A stretch of DNA of 64,000 nucleotides, from positions 1-64,000 of the forward strand of contig KZ538415.1 in the NCBI GenBank assembly GCA_000934665.2, read 5' to 3'. Position numbers and translations under genes: made by a program. Of the stretch, positions 40,416 through 54,772 are shown in pieces; positions within the stretch are counted from its first letter, which is position 1; every line of letters starts with the position of its first letter. The notes below the pieces were generated by a model. It was given only the letters and a program-made list of their open reading frames with translations. It searched no databases and had not been told where the DNA came from. The DNA is from Catajapyx aquilonaris (Eukaryota).

Positions 40416-43400
40416 TCACGACTCGCTGCTCCTTCCAGACGACTTAACCGTGGTGTTGTTCCTAGAGAAGTCATCCAGTACCACGCAGTCCTGTTGTTGG
40501 TCCTTGTTCCTCTTCCGGAAGTTGAACACCAACAGGAACACCTTCCTGAACTCCTTACTGCACAAGAAGTAGATGTAGAAGTTGAGTGCAAAATTGGCCT
40601 GCTCCAAGTTGTTGGCCATGGCTCTAAACAGCTGGAAGCCCACGTTGGAGCTGAGCTCCTCGCTGTAGTAGATGGACAGAAAGGCTGAGGGTGTGGTGGT
40701 CACAAAGAAGAGGACAATGATGGAGGTCAGAAGCACAACAAGTCGACGCTCCTCTTTGTAGTTCTTCCTTAGCCCAGAGTGTGAGGAGTCTCTGAGGTGA
40801 CGTTGACGGAACTTCTCTGAGGCTGCGTGGAACTGCTTCCGTTTGGCAGTCAGCTTCCGGAACTCCTTGATGATCAGGGTGTTCAGGAGGGCCAAGGTGG
40901 TGGTAGGACCGAAGCGGACAACTGTCTCAGAGCCCCATAGGTACAGACGCCACCAGACTGAGGATGTCACCACGGTGTTTTCACGGAAGTCGAATCCTGT
41001 TGTCAGCAGGCTCAGATTGCCAACCTTGTGTAGGAGACAAAAGTTCGTTTGTTCATTCGGTCGTTGTTCAGTCGTTTGTTCTATCGTTTGTTCGGTCATT
41101 CGTTCAGTCATTTGTTCGATCGTTTGTTCAGTCGTTTGTTCAGCGTTTATTATTTGGTCGTTTGCTCGATCGTTTGTTTGGTCCTTGTTCAGCCAGTCAT
41201 TCAGTCGTTTGTTCTGTCGTTTGTTTGGTAGTTTACTCGATCGTTTGTGCAGTCGTTTGTTCAGGCGTGTGCTCGTTCGTTTGTTTGGTCGTTTATACAG
41301 TCATTCCTTCAGTCGTTAGTACTGCCATTTATTCAGCCGTTTGTATGGTCGTTTACTCGATCCTTTGTGCAGTCGTTTGTTCAGTCATTCATTCAGTCGT
41401 TTGTTCAGCCGTTTGTTTGGTCGTTTACTCGATCCTTTGTGCAGTCGTTTGTTCAGTCATTCATTCAGTCGTTTGTTTGGTCGTTTGTGCAGTCGTTTGT
41501 TCATATGTGTGTTCGTTCGTTTGTTTGGTCGTTTGTTCGTTCGTTTGTTTAATAGTACCGGTACCTGATCGGGAGTGAGATGGACCTGCTGGTGGTTGCA
41601 GCAGACCTCTTTGAGCACAGACAATGGCGAGCTGACCATGATGGCCATAATGCAGCAGCCCATGATGGCCAGCCTGGCGCTCCTCTTGGTGTGGACACTT
41701 TTGAACCGGGTGGGCATACACACGGAGATGTACCGGTCCACTGTCAGACACACGACGATGAAGATGCTGCAGGCCATGAAGGAGTTGATGATGGGGAGCT
41801 CGAAGTGGGCGTAGTACACCGCAGACATGTAGTTGTGCAGGCGCATACCTGTCAGTCGGACCAGCATGGGTATGGCTGATATCAGGGCACCCAGATCGGA
41901 CACGGCCAGTCCGAACAGGTACACATACGTCACACCCTTCAGACCAGGTCGGGTCAGGACAATCAGATTCAGAAGGTTTCCGATGATCCCACACACCACG
42001 ATCACCGGACAGATCACACCATACGCTGCCCAACTCAGGCTGCTCGTTTCCCCGGACATGATCTGAAAAGATGGTAACTACGCGTCAGATCCAAGTGCTT
42101 AACTGTAAATGCTTCACTAATAAAGGTACCCTTCCACTTTGGTCATCCTTGCATGATGCAACCCAAAAGGCATGCCTGCACGAGTTCTCCCCGGAGAATG
42201 TCCGGAAACTCCGAACAAACAATGGCAAGCCGGACATACATGTATAGGATTGTCGAGTCAAATTTGCATGCTAGGAAACAATTGTTTAAAGCCACATCCA
42301 GCTCTCCGGATAACAATACCTGACGAGTTCCGTAACATGGAAGCACTACTAGCAGTTAATTAACAATAGCGTTCATGAAGCGTGTAAGCTTTGTAATTGT
42401 AACGCGTAGTAAATGTGCTAGAAATTTCCGCACATAATGTTTTACTTTACTCAAATTTTGACTTGAAGCGAAATTCAATATTTTTGAGACATACAGTATA
42501 GGCTACTCGGGTGGATATTACGCCTGTCTAGTATAGGCCTACTTCCCATTGAACATACATCCCATAGCCTACGGTGCATTTGACATCTGAAGCAGACGAT
42601 GCACACAAAGCCCTCCCACTGATAGTGCACCTAATTTCCGACATTTTGGACAATATATAATCACCTTTCATTTGTAAACATCATTATTCAGATCTCACCA
42701 CTTTTTACGGCCAAGCAGTCAGGAGAACTTGGCCTTTTTTACAGAAAGGTTTTTGGTGGGATACACTTCAAAATATTGGTCACCCTGTCAAGGTCACAAT
42801 TTGATCCAATCCGGGTATAAAACAGACTCGAGCAAAGAATTCGGGTAATTAAAGGCCGTCAGAATAAACTCTGAAGGGCTCTCTAGAACTTCTATTGAGG
42901 AATTCTCAGAGAGGTTTTAGTCGGACTATCGTCATAGTATTAAATTCTCGTCAGGCCTCAGATCGATTCAATGTGGACTATAGACGACCACCCTAGGCTT
43001 CACTAAAGTAGTGTCAGAAAATGATGAAATTTCCTACTAATCCAAGTACACATTGACTGATAGTGTACTTATGATCAAAACTGTTATGGACAGTTTGTAG
43101 ACTCCATAGTTATGTCGCTATGGTTAGCCACGCTCATCAGTCACAGACGCCTTTAATTGGTCAAGCCTTGCGGAGTGTTTTTCTTTTGATGTTACGCAAT
43201 ATAAGCTAAGAGAGGATTTTGAGCCCTCCGTATCTAAGATACGGATCCGGGTCCGAATTATATGCCCTTGAGTGTCTAAGAGACTCTCTAAATGCCAATT
43301 AAATCTCAATCTTGGAGACGAGAATTGAACGCACATACCCGGAGTTACTATATAAGTGCTCACGTGCTGCCATTTATAGATAAGCGTCTTCAATTAGGTT

Positions 43401-46400
43401 GCTGACCTTATTATTTTTACAATCGTTTCATTACTATAGGCTATTATTATTTTTGCTGTTATTTCGTTACTATTTTTGTTACCGTATTAGTTTATTTCAA
43501 TTTTAGTATTGGTTTTCTGAAAATTTTGCAATAATTGCGAATATTATTATTATTTCATTATATGTAAATTTATTTTTCTATTTATTATTGTCATTGCGAT
43601 TGTGAAATTATTTCATTACGATTGTGAAATTATTTCATTACGATTGTGAAATTATTTCATTACGATTTTACAAGAATATTTTATTACAATATTTTGATCA
43701 CCCTCTTTTGTCCCACTCTGTCGACGTCCATGTTCCAAGCTCAATGTGCGATGTAGATTTTGCTCATTACTCAAGTTGTAATGCGACGTAAGGCTCTCAG
43801 GTGCCCCATTTTCCTAACCCAGCACTAGGACCCCCTCGCCTCATTACTAATTTGCGGTGTCATTACTTTGGCACAAGTTCTTGATCGTTTTGCGGTCAAT
43901 TAGCGCCGCGAATTTCCATCAATTTTGCACCCTGGGGAAATTCTACCAGACATTTATTGTTGTTCAGATTAGGAGGAATGTGAAGCGCAGGGATTAATAA
44001 TATGCGGAAACATTGTTGCGTTTATGAACCTCCTTTTTTTGCAATTAACACTACATAGCTTCCCTGTAATTAAATCAGCTTTAATTGGCATCTCCCTTTC
44101 CAACATGTCGCGTTTCATCCATTGATTAAAAAATACCTTCAAAGGTCACCTTGTCCCTATACGGTCACCATATTCATTCACAAAAACGGCTTTTCCTAAT
44201 CGCCTCTCGACACACCCCAAGGGTCCATGATCTCCAACAACATTGTCACATAAAACCCCAAGTCGCAGTTAGGGTAAAAGTCAACAAGGGTTATATGGGG
44301 GGCTTCCTGTTTGGAGTTAATCGCCTTAACTCTTTAATGCGACTTGTTTGCATTCACTTTCCCAAAACATGGGCGTGTGTATATTAACTTAACATGGTTT
44401 ATATCAATAAGGTCACCATGGTAACCAAATCTGGACAAGCAGACAAACTTCGACTTATGTCATTACTAGCTGCGGCACCCGACGTTGCCCGGGAAGAAAT
44501 GAATGAAGGGAAAGCACCTGCCAGTACCCCCGTCAACTGTCTGTCTTTCTGTGTGTCCGGCCACCAATGCTACTCCAACACCTTCAACCTCTCCCGCCTG
44601 TATAACGGCAGCCGTCATTTGCCTGCCATCTGTAGTCAATCCCCAACACCTCCAACCTCTCCCGGCCTGGGTGTGGAGCACAGATGGTCTGTCCGCCTGC
44701 CAACCGTCATTTGCCTGCCATCTGTGCTCCACCCCCAGGCCGGGAGAGGATGGAGGTGTTGGGGGGTTGACTACAGATGGCAGGCAAATGACGGTTGGCA
44801 GGCGGACAGACAGACAGACAGACTCACAAACGACTTGATTTATATAGATAGAATATTGAAGATGCGGATTTCGTGTCTTCACAAATACCTTTCCTGCCAA
44901 GCTTAAGCACCTTTTGTGTAGTTGTCAGAATGGAGCTTAAATTTTGTTTACTTCCTTCTGAGAATTTCTCTCGAGATTTCGTCCTCAAAATGGTTCTCAA
45001 AAGAACCCCCCACTGGTAGCTGTAACCATCATCGAAGTTTCAGTTGTGTGTACAAAGCTGGACAAATTATTTATCCAGCTGTCCCTGTCTGACAAAGGGC
45101 TGTTATATACAGTATATGACCGGCTTTTGTTATCGTCGTAAAATCATTAAAAGATAATGTGGCGAATATACGTACTATTTTCCTTTGATCTATGCTCATT
45201 ACTAGATCTTCATTAAGCTTTATGCAGGATTAAAATGAGGTTCATTTTACATAAAGGTCATTTAAGTTATACAGATGGAAATATTATTTGATTTGATTTA
45301 TTTTGGCGTCATTCAACATGACATAATAGTTGCAATAATATCTTACAAAATTATTGCACTGTTTCGCTCTAATTACTACAACAAACTAATATAACGAAGA
45401 TGTAATTAGTGCCACATTGTTCTGTCCTACTTTTGCACTAGTGCACCCACAACCTACGTTTTCATTTCGCAAAACCAGCAGGGGAAGTCGAACAAAAGCG
45501 ATTATTAACTCTACATCAAAAATGATATTTTTGTCTTCTTTAAAAGTGAAGAAAACAACTTTATATAACTAGCAAAAATGGCCTTTGTATAGGAGTCTGT
45601 TTATCAGCGGTACAAGAAATCATTAGTGGACGCCTACCAGTCTTTTCAAGAGTTGTAGATAGAGTTTTTATAAGGTTGCTTCTCCTGAGGTGTGACCCAC
45701 GATGCTTATCCGATTATAACTAATAGAAAGGGACTATGACGCAGACTGCTAAAGGGCATTTTTCCAGCCAATTATTAGTTGTCTGTATAGGTCTTCTAAG
45801 TTAGAACTAGAAAAACAAGGGCCAAAAATTGTCGCTGTCAACTGTCAACTGGCAACTGGCGATATCTACAGGTCTTGAGAAACTTTGGCCGTTGCCCGTT
45901 GCCGTCAACCGTCAGTTATCTGGAGGACTTCTAGGTTAGAAAGTTAAAAACAAACGTTGCCGTCAACCGTTGCCGTCTACTGGCAACCGGCAGACTGGCA
46001 ACTAGCAATCTAGTGCAGCTTCAATGAACAGGATATACAGGGTGGTCCAACATCAAGTGTCGTTTTATAACGGCGATTAATAGCAGTGATTTTGCGATGA
46101 CGTAGCAGCGACGCGTAAAATGTCCCACTTCGGCGCATCTTCGGCGCCATCGAAGTGGGCTGCTACGTCAATCGTAAAGCGCTTCTAATAGCCGTTATAA
46201 AACGACACTTGATGTTGGACCACTCGTATCTACAGGCCTTGAGAAAATTTGACTGTTGACAGTCGCTGTCAACCTGTTGATCTATCATGTTCATAGAATC
46301 GTCACTAGCTGTTGCTGTTGTTGTTGTTACCCCGTGATAGGGCTCGAGACCCTCTTCGGGTGGAAGGGGAGGTTCCCAAGGGAGGGCGCCGCGCCGTGCG

Positions 46401-46417
46401 ATAGCCGTTTCTGACAT
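40416..46417 (-). CDS. Rhodopsin-class peptide-type GPCR (FMRFamide-receptor/B0563.6-like orphan group); exons 46417-46274 (less certain), 42062-41565, 41024-40416
   Basis: GIIGNLLNLIVL (TM1), LAVSDL (TM2), LTVDRYISVC (DRY), FFVTTTPSA (TM6), NFALNFYIYFLCSKEFR (TM7/H8); phase-0 junctions. Upstream acceptor at 46587 and a CAG|GTAAGT donor near 51368 suggest a 5'UTR exon. Confidence 0.85.
41040..41550. repeat. 12-bp minisatellite (CAGTCGTTTGTT)n filling a GPCR intron
   Basis: Visible tandem units; explains the repetitive ORFs in the track. Confidence 0.9.
44466..44848 (-). mobile_element. Non-autonomous Helitron (Lep1/DINE-like architecture with GTCT microsatellite)
   Basis: Minus strand A|TCTATATA...(GTCT)n...hairpin CCCGGGCAACGTCGGG...CTAG|T; second copy at 57594-57867. 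Confidence 0.8.
46038..46226. mobile_element. Tc1/mariner-type MITE
   Basis: TA-flanked; TIR C(AG/GA)GTGGTCCAACATCAAGTGTCGTTTTATAACGGC extending imperfectly to ~70 bp. Confidence 0.8.
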
Positions 46418-49400
46418 TCTTTAACACCAGGCCTTTTCTCCTGGCCCCGAGCAGAGAAGGGGAATCATCACTATAGTTTTCCTCATAACATTTCCTCTCC
46501 TCTGATCCAACACACAACAATCTTACTTTTTGCACCAAAGGTAAACCACAAAACGTGCCTTGTGCTACATTTTCTGTATACGTCTCCTGGAAAATTGATC
46601 TCGTCACGACGCGACGGGTTTGTCAGAGATAGACGAAAGCAATGAAACGCAAGAAGGAAAGGATTTGGACCTTGTTGCCTTTAAAGGAGAGATGAGACTT
46701 AAAGGTAGTATTGAGGCTCCAGAGGACTTAATCCTCTTATGCAATAAGAAGATTCGGAGGACGTGCAGACACAGAGCATTTACTTAGCTGGCACATCATT
46801 AGCACTGATTGAGGACATTGTGGACCTACAGGTTAAAATGTATGGTCTTAAACTTTTAAAAAAAATTCAAAATGTGAAGAGTTGGCACAATGTCAACCTG
46901 TATCTAGCTGATTTGACAAGAGTAATCATTTACCTTAACCTAATTAAACTCTAATTATGATGCAGCTAATTTCCGCCTATCTCACTCCAGCAGGACATGT
47001 ACACATAGTTAGCAATCTAAAAATCAATGTATCGGACTAAAAACCGATATATCGACTCACACAAAGTGCGTTCCATAGTCATTTTACTGAGTGCATGGTG
47101 TAATCTCTATGGAAAATTGCTCAAATCACGCTACGTCGCACTTAGGCATTGTTGACATTGTTGGAAAAAAAATTGCGTGATTTTTTTTTAAAAATAAGAG
47201 AATCAGACATTGAAACAGATTTACTTAAACAAACACTTTGATTTGCTTCAAGATTTACGAAAGAACCGTCTCATAAACATGCAAATGCGTAATTAGACTA
47301 AGTAAGCCCTCAAGTCGTTAGGAAAGTGATGAAAGGGTTTACAAAAACGAGTCAGATTTAAACCGTCTAATTTGCTTCCTTTTCAAAGCTCATTAAAGCG
47401 TCTATAAAACGTTAGACTATGGATGTTTGGACATCGTTGCAGACAATAGCTATTTAGGACGCCTATTGTTCACATTGTAGGCTTAGCAATTATCCAAAGT
47501 GTTCCACTGTTGATCACTATCTTTAAAGAACATGCTTTTAAAAAAAAGTATAGTTAACGTTCCCTGACCTTTCACAATTCAGTCTGACATACGCAGAACG
47601 AGATCAACAGTAATCCTTATCCGCCAATTAGGGTTGTTCACTTTTGTTACCTTCTACGAATCTGACAATAGACACCGCCTGGCTGTATAGACACACTAAT
47701 GAATTTCCTACGATAAATTTTTTTGCAAAATTCGTGTATGACGCGCGTCTGTATTGTGGGAAATAAAATTGGAATCTGCGATGTGGATATGTTACAAAAG
47801 GGAACCCGGTTGAGACTTTCAATCAAAGGAGAACCAATTTAAAAGCACTATATTGAGCTAGGTTTAATGCCAACAAAAGACAGTGTGGGCCATGGCAACT
47901 GAGAGTAGGTTACTGAAATGAGACCTTGTAGAGAGATTAGATGAAAGTAGTCTTAATATTAAGTCGAATTTTGCAGACCACGTGGTTAAGACACAAAAAT
48001 GGCGGTCACTCTTGGAAATACGTTAAAAATTAGAAAATGCGCAGATAGCTTTTTGAAGTCTGATTTCAAAAGGGCTTTTACCTCAACCTTGGACCTTTTT
48101 TTTTTTTTAGCTTTTTGTATGTTATTTTTCTTTTTCCACGCCTTTTTGCTCAACCGTCTATGAAGGAAGCCAACGAGAGATTTCTTTAGAGAAAAAGTGG
48201 TATCGATTCTACACCATAGAAGGCGAGATCAAAATTCTTTTGACAAAATACTGGATGCCTGAGAAAATTGAAAACGCTTTAATATAATTTGAACCTTCCT
48301 TTTTGCGTCATAAGGTTCATGTACTTAAATTGCATCAGTGCATTTGAATAAACTTGTAACTAAATTACTGCAATTTTTTAAAATTTAGTGATATGCCCCA
48401 AGACATGACTTACAGTAGGGAACTTCTTGGTAATCCTTTTTCAACACTTGTTTATAGCTATATAGACTCATGCATAATGCAATGGCTGTTCCAGCAGGTA
48501 TTTCTCAGCGACACGTTTGAATACTTAAATCTCTTTCATGAACTAGGTCACGAAGGGAACATTATTCACTCCAAAGGAAATATTCGAAATCCTTAAAAAG
48601 ACAAAAAAAAAAAAATGCTGTCGTCATTAACGAGGTCGTGACAAATGCTTTGGGAGCACTTTCTGTAGAAGTTATACTATTTTGCAAAATGTTGCAATGG
48701 TTCGGTCCAGACCTGCACAATATATAGTAAGCTTATTAATGAGAAAATAATTTTGTAATTACAAGCTTCTTTGGCCAAAATTGAGAAACTTTTTGTTATT
48801 TCCAACAGGCTGTGTGTGCATAAGCTTTTGAAAGTTGAATGGCGTATGTATGAATTTTCGAAATAACGTCACCTTGCAAACTGTGCAAATATAGTCCGAA
48901 CAAGCTGTTGAACTTGCAATCGACGAGGCCATACCTTATCGATTTCCAACCTCTAAAAGCCAATGCTCTATACAAAATCATCATTTTCTATGGCTCAAAA
49001 TGTAAAAATCTAAATTAGCATTTCTTGCTATATGACAAACTATGAATTTATAGCCATGAAAATATAAAATCAATTTCGAAATAATATTGCTCAGGGGTTC
49101 ATATGGTATTAAAGTTTGCACACAAAAAAGTTATATCTAGTGCGATTAATAATTCATGCAATTTTTTTTTTTGCATATTGAGCTCAGCAGTTTTGATCAC
49201 ATTTAATTGGAACTACAACTGGTTCTGACACCAAGCCACAAAAGTTTGGTTTTTGCTCACTATTATTGGCAAACCAAACTGTTTGTTCCACAAAATTATA
49301 GGTTTGCGTGCGGTTTTTTTGTTTACAAAATTACCATATGCACATAGTCTGTACAAGTCAGTTACAGTAATAAACAGTAATATTTTATCCACTAATTAAT

Positions 49401-50308
49401 ATGTGACTAATTGTTATTGTTGTTGATGATGAAGAATTTAAACCTGGTTTTTGCCACTCGTATTAAAACCCAGGTCAGTTCCATGGCTCGATAAATACGA
49501 GCTTATTAATTATCATAGTAGAGCAAAAGTCCAGTCGTAATTATGCCTTTCGATCATTAGAAGAGACTAATTTTCAAAGAGAAGTGCTAAAAGCTCGATC
49601 GAATTTTTAGCTGTAATAATGAGGTAAAGGTCATACCCACCTTTTTATGATTAAAAAAGAAGTCGCACATTAGCAACAGGTGAGAGTGCACATAGATCAA
49701 AGAGGTAATTTTGAGTATTAATTAGGTCAGCATTTTACGCACATGGATCTGATATTCACCTTTAATCCTACGCACTTACATATCATAACTACTCTTACAG
49801 TTTTTTAAAAAAACGCATTTTTTAAAATTATTTTTTTTAAAAGCGAACCTTTCTATCCGACGTATATAGTTCTAAAAGCTATACGGTACTGTAGGCGTGA
49901 TGTTTGTGACACACTCGGTAGTTACCGTTTCAGGCATCGCCAACCACAGATCCAATTATCCCTTAGGGTCATGAAAGAGACCAACCCACGCGCGAGCCAT
50001 TGCCCCCCTTCTGATGTCAAGGTCAATGTCAAGGGTATGAGGTCATAGGGCGTGTTGTGTTGCAATTTCTTAGCCATTAGAAAAGACCATCTTAAGAGCA
50101 TGGCAGAGGCGTATTGTGTGAACGAAATTGAGTATTATCCTGTTCAGCCGGATGTTATCGACTTCCTGTGATATTTTCACCAAAAGGTGTCTGGAAGTTT
50201 AAAAAAAAAGCGATGGAAAGAAATTGACAAGGGGTGTCAAATGCAGAGCACCCACTGCGCAAAACATGGAATTCAAAAAATAAGCCAAAAATATGGAGAG
50301 AGAAAAAT

Positions 50309-50606
50309 TGTGGACCAAAAATGGCCGCCAAAACATATGGCGTACCTCAACTTATCAAATAATAAAACAGAACAGGTGACCACCAACAATATTTACCAAT
50401 CAATCAATCCATCAAACAAACCAAAAAATTACGCAAACATGAAAAAATGGACCAAAAATGGCCGCCAGAACACATGACTCACCTCAACTCATCAAATAAT
50501 AAAATAGGACAGGTGAACACCAATTTAATTTTTTGCATTAATTGGTTTTTTTTTAAATGTAGGTTTTAACGTATTTTCAAAACAGAGCCGCCATTTTTGG
50601 TCCACA
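50309..50606. mobile_element. Probable DNA-transposon/MITE remnant with inverted and direct repeats
   Basis: TGTGGACCAAAAATGGC at 50309 inverted at ~50590-50606; direct repeat ~50311-50385 vs ~50448-50522. Confidence 0.4.
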
Positions 50607-51972
50607 GATTTTGAGAAGTTACTCCCCATCATGCTATATTTTGACCACCTGTAGCTTCAATCTATCACTCTTTAAAAAAACTATCGTGTTTAACGATAAC
50701 CATCACTTTCTTTTTGCGACATTTTCCAACTCAATATATTGTCGCCCACGCTTCAAAGGGGCTAGACACTCTCTGCGACGAACAGTCCACGCTAATTAAT
50801 CTAAGCGAGAGATCCGGAAAAACCAGGTCAAAAAAAGGAGTTTTTGGAGCATGAAATTTTGAGCCAGGTCCATACAGGTTGTTGTTTTTTTTTTTGAAGG
50901 GGGGGGGGGGNNNNNNNNNNNNNNNNNNNNNNNNNNNNNNGTCTAAGTAAGTCTGTTTTATAGCCCTATTTTCCAATAGGGGTTTTACTATAAACCGATA
51001 GACGCCAGAGTAATAACTATGGTAATAAACTTTGATACAATGTAGCTAGTGGTCGTCATTAGAAGTTTAATGACTATGAGCATCAATGCAACTATTGTAT
51101 TTTATAGACACTCCTATTAATATTGCGCAGATAATAACTTTAAAAAAATGTACTATAATTACACATTTTTCTGACCCAATTATCTAACAACTCTTGCGCG
51201 AAAAATTCACAAAAAATATAATTACCCTACCGTAACATTACATCAAGTACAATGTGCGCAATCAATCTCGTGTAAATTTTGCACAACATTTAGAGTGTTC
51301 GTATAGAAATGATTGAATTCGAACAATATATTTTTTTGCAAAAAAAAATTGCGAAATTTGGACTTACCTGATATTTTACTGGGGAGTAAACTGCTGGGTG
51401 ATTCAGGGACAACTGTGGCCTGCTAGGTGGAGATCGAGCAATTTCAAGAACATCCTGGACAATCCGGAGCGCAAGCGTTGGAGCATGCGTTTTCAGACTT
51501 AATCATATAGCCCNCCCCCCCCCCCCCCCCCTCGGCGATACTATGGAGGGAGGTACGTCGCTTCTCAGTGGCGTGATATACAAAAAATCGTGCTTATCTG
51601 AACCACCTGCTAAATCGATCATTATTTCTCACGCTGACAATAGGTTATAATCTGGATTGTAAATCATAATTTGCGCAATTGAAAGCGTAAAACATGTTAC
51701 GATCTTACCCAGGTCATTTTATTTTGTGTTCAGGTGATAATTTAACATTTTACTAGTTTCGCCTCCCTACCACCAGAGGCGCTGGATTGCGCAGGAGCAA
51801 CGGGGGCCAATCAGAAGCTTCGGCCATACAACCAGACGTGGTACGGGAGAGACGATGTTGACTCGCCGCCCTCCAGCTTGCGACTGACGAGTTCTGCCAC
51901 CCATTGCGCAAGCGCGAAACGGAGCCAATAGCGTCGCGCAATATTCGGCGGGCCATATTTGGCCATATTATA

Positions 51973-52213
51973 CAGGGTGTAAATCTTAAGCGTGTCACCA
52001 GAAAATATGGTGGTAGAGGGCGCAGGTGTGAGCATTTTTGCATAAGGAACTAGGGGTCGGAAACGCACCCTCACCGAGTCACTCCGCCGCATGCAGCCGC
52101 CTCAAACTTGAAAGGGGCGTAACTCGGTGAGGGTGCGTTTCCGACCCCTAGTTCCTTATGCAAAAATGCTCACACCTGCGCCCTCTGGTGACACGCTTAG
52201 GATTTACACCCTG
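51973..52213. mobile_element. Tc1/mariner-type fold-back MITE (241 bp)
   Basis: TA|CAGGGTGTAAATC...GATTTACACCCTG|TA; arms near-perfectly complementary for ~90 bp apart from a 15-nt indel. Confidence 0.88.
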
Positions 52214-54772
52214 TAGATATTAATTTGGTTCAAGTTCGCATTAATTTATATTACTGCTAATCTAATTAATTTAATATAATACTATTTCAATAGTTTTAAT
52301 ATTAACATTTAATTTATTGCAATTTTTGCTTAATTAACATAATTTGGGTTGATATTAATGATGGTGTGCAGTGGGGAGAATTTATCATGATCATCTAAGT
52401 TCATTAGGGTGTGCTAATTGCTAAGGACGTATGACGCACGAGGTATTGTGTTCTTTACAGTGACAAATTCTTACAAGTCTGTTTAGTAAGAAGGTTGTTA
52501 ACTAGCATTTAGTAGCTCAAGATATTTTGACAAAATGCAGACAAACGTTCTGCAGGATTTAATGACCCCATCTGGATCTTAATTGTGCTAATGAGCCTCA
52601 ACTTTTTTTGCAGAAAACTTTCTTTACTATAAGGTTGATGAACACAAAATGAAGCGTTGGAAATATGAAGATCTGACTGAGATGATTAAAAATTTTCAAA
52701 AATTCGCGATTTTATTGACATAAATTTAAAAATTGAATTAATTTTAACTGAAGTGCTTATTTTTCAAAAAAATGTAGTGTGTCGCATTTGCCATTTTTCT
52801 GAAATGTTGAGGACTAAATCGCTAAATTGCGCACTAAAGTTCCACAATTAAAAAAACGGTGTGGGACGCTGCAAATAATTATGACTGGTAATAATTTTTG
52901 CATAAATGTTTTTCCTCCCAAAAAATGCACCCTTCACATCCAGACAGTAACTGTTTTAAAGCTGGGTACACGTGGGAACACTAAAAGTGCAAAAGTGTTC
53001 CCACGTGTTTTCACAAACACAGCATGGGGTATACCCCATGCTGTGTATGTAAAAAAAATGGGTTGGAAAAGGTCAATCATAACTGTGCTCACAAATTTTT
53101 CTGACACACCCAAAGTGTGATTTTGACATCAAATGTCAACACTGCTTTAAAAAAACCTGCAAAATATTGTGGCCATACATTGCACATATCGACTAATTAG
53201 TTTTTCAATTATTCAGAAGATTACACTTCAACTGGTTGTCAACACGTTCATTTATATTCATTTACACTCACTTTAATGACCTCAAAATGTGTTGGCACGT
53301 GGATGGTCGTTTTTGGGTTATATTGTTTGGCTCGATAATTGTCCAGAGGTAAAACTGGTCCTAATGTCAGAATGATGAATATATGAGCCGGGATTATATA
53401 GATCGAGCTTACCTTTAAGCTGAAGGTTGGCACATAATATATTACACTGGAAAAAACTGGCGGAGAAAGTTCGTGTACATAAATCCTCCATTTTTGGTCC
53501 AGAAAATGCTGAAAGTCTATCGGAAAAAGGATAATAGTTTTAATGGTATTATACCCAAGGTCCCACGAGTTTTAGCGAATATCCGGTTGAATGGGTGCTC
53601 ATTCTTTCAATTTGGCTCAATATCCACGGTTCGCAATAATTGGCATTGTTGTCACGTCCTGTGGACTTAGATTGCTGTGCGGAAACTGGAATGTCCATTT
53701 TTTCGCTTAACTTGAGATAAGATGGACTTAACCCTCTTTTTTTTGTTTGTTTGTACGACGCCAATATTGTGGTCAAAATATGTTGAAGCAAACACACTGT
53801 TTTGACCTAGGAGGGGGTCATAGAGTCAATATTTTGCTGGAGCTTTTGTGCGCGGGTGTAAACATCGCAATTATTTTCATGGTGTCGTCTGCGAATCTAA
53901 TTATTTATGACATTTTTTTTGCAATAAATTCTAAACCGAGATGATTATCCGCATTGGGATAACGTGGCCTCAATCCCCTGGTAATTTATTATGCCCTCAG
54001 GTAAAAGTGGACAGTAACATCCGGGACTGTACTTGGGACATTTTCAAAGGCTCATTTGCACCTAGTGTGAACTGCAGGATGTAATCAACCAAATTAGATC
54101 ATAACAATGGTGCAATTTAATATTTATATGAAAAGCAATGGTTTGAACATACAAGCCTTCATTTACAAGATGAGTCACATCCTGATCAGTTTGGAATATA
54201 CTTAGTCGTACATTAGAGATAAATAATTTTGTAAAGATTTTAATCTTGAAAGCGATTAAATTACTGTATGACTTATCATTTATTACGAGAGTGTCCTGAT
54301 CCCCGAATTTATTTATTCTAAATATATCGTATTCATTAATATGTATTAATGTATATCATTTATTTCCCCCCAATACGCCCTTCTAGGGCCATCACAGGGT
54401 AATAAAAAAAATTTAAAAAATTAATTTCGTTCATTTACAATTAAACAATTTTTAACAAACAAATACCATATACGTCACGCTACATCAGATAGACTACCTC
54501 TGCAAGTGTTTCGCATTTGTAGCCTACGTTACGAGGAGCACATGACACACATCATCGTCTCCAATGTCGCGGAACACCAAGCACAATAATTATGAAGGCG
54601 CAACGGAACGCGTGTTCAGAACCATCAAGACATTTCCTGACAGCGAAAGTGAACCGATTCAGGTCACTAGCTATACGTGAACTACCGGTACAAAAAAAAC
54701 AAAAACTGACCAGTATTAATACGAAGAACTACTTCCTGGAACTTCTCACTATGTGTGTACCTGCTACACATA

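Noticed and set aside
40843..41578. Long repetitive ORFs (SVVC/QSFV/SRLF)n
   Set aside because: Translations of the 12-bp intronic minisatellite.
23081..51515. N runs at 23081-23091, 50911-50940 and 51515
   Set aside because: Assembly gaps at G/C homopolymers, not biology.
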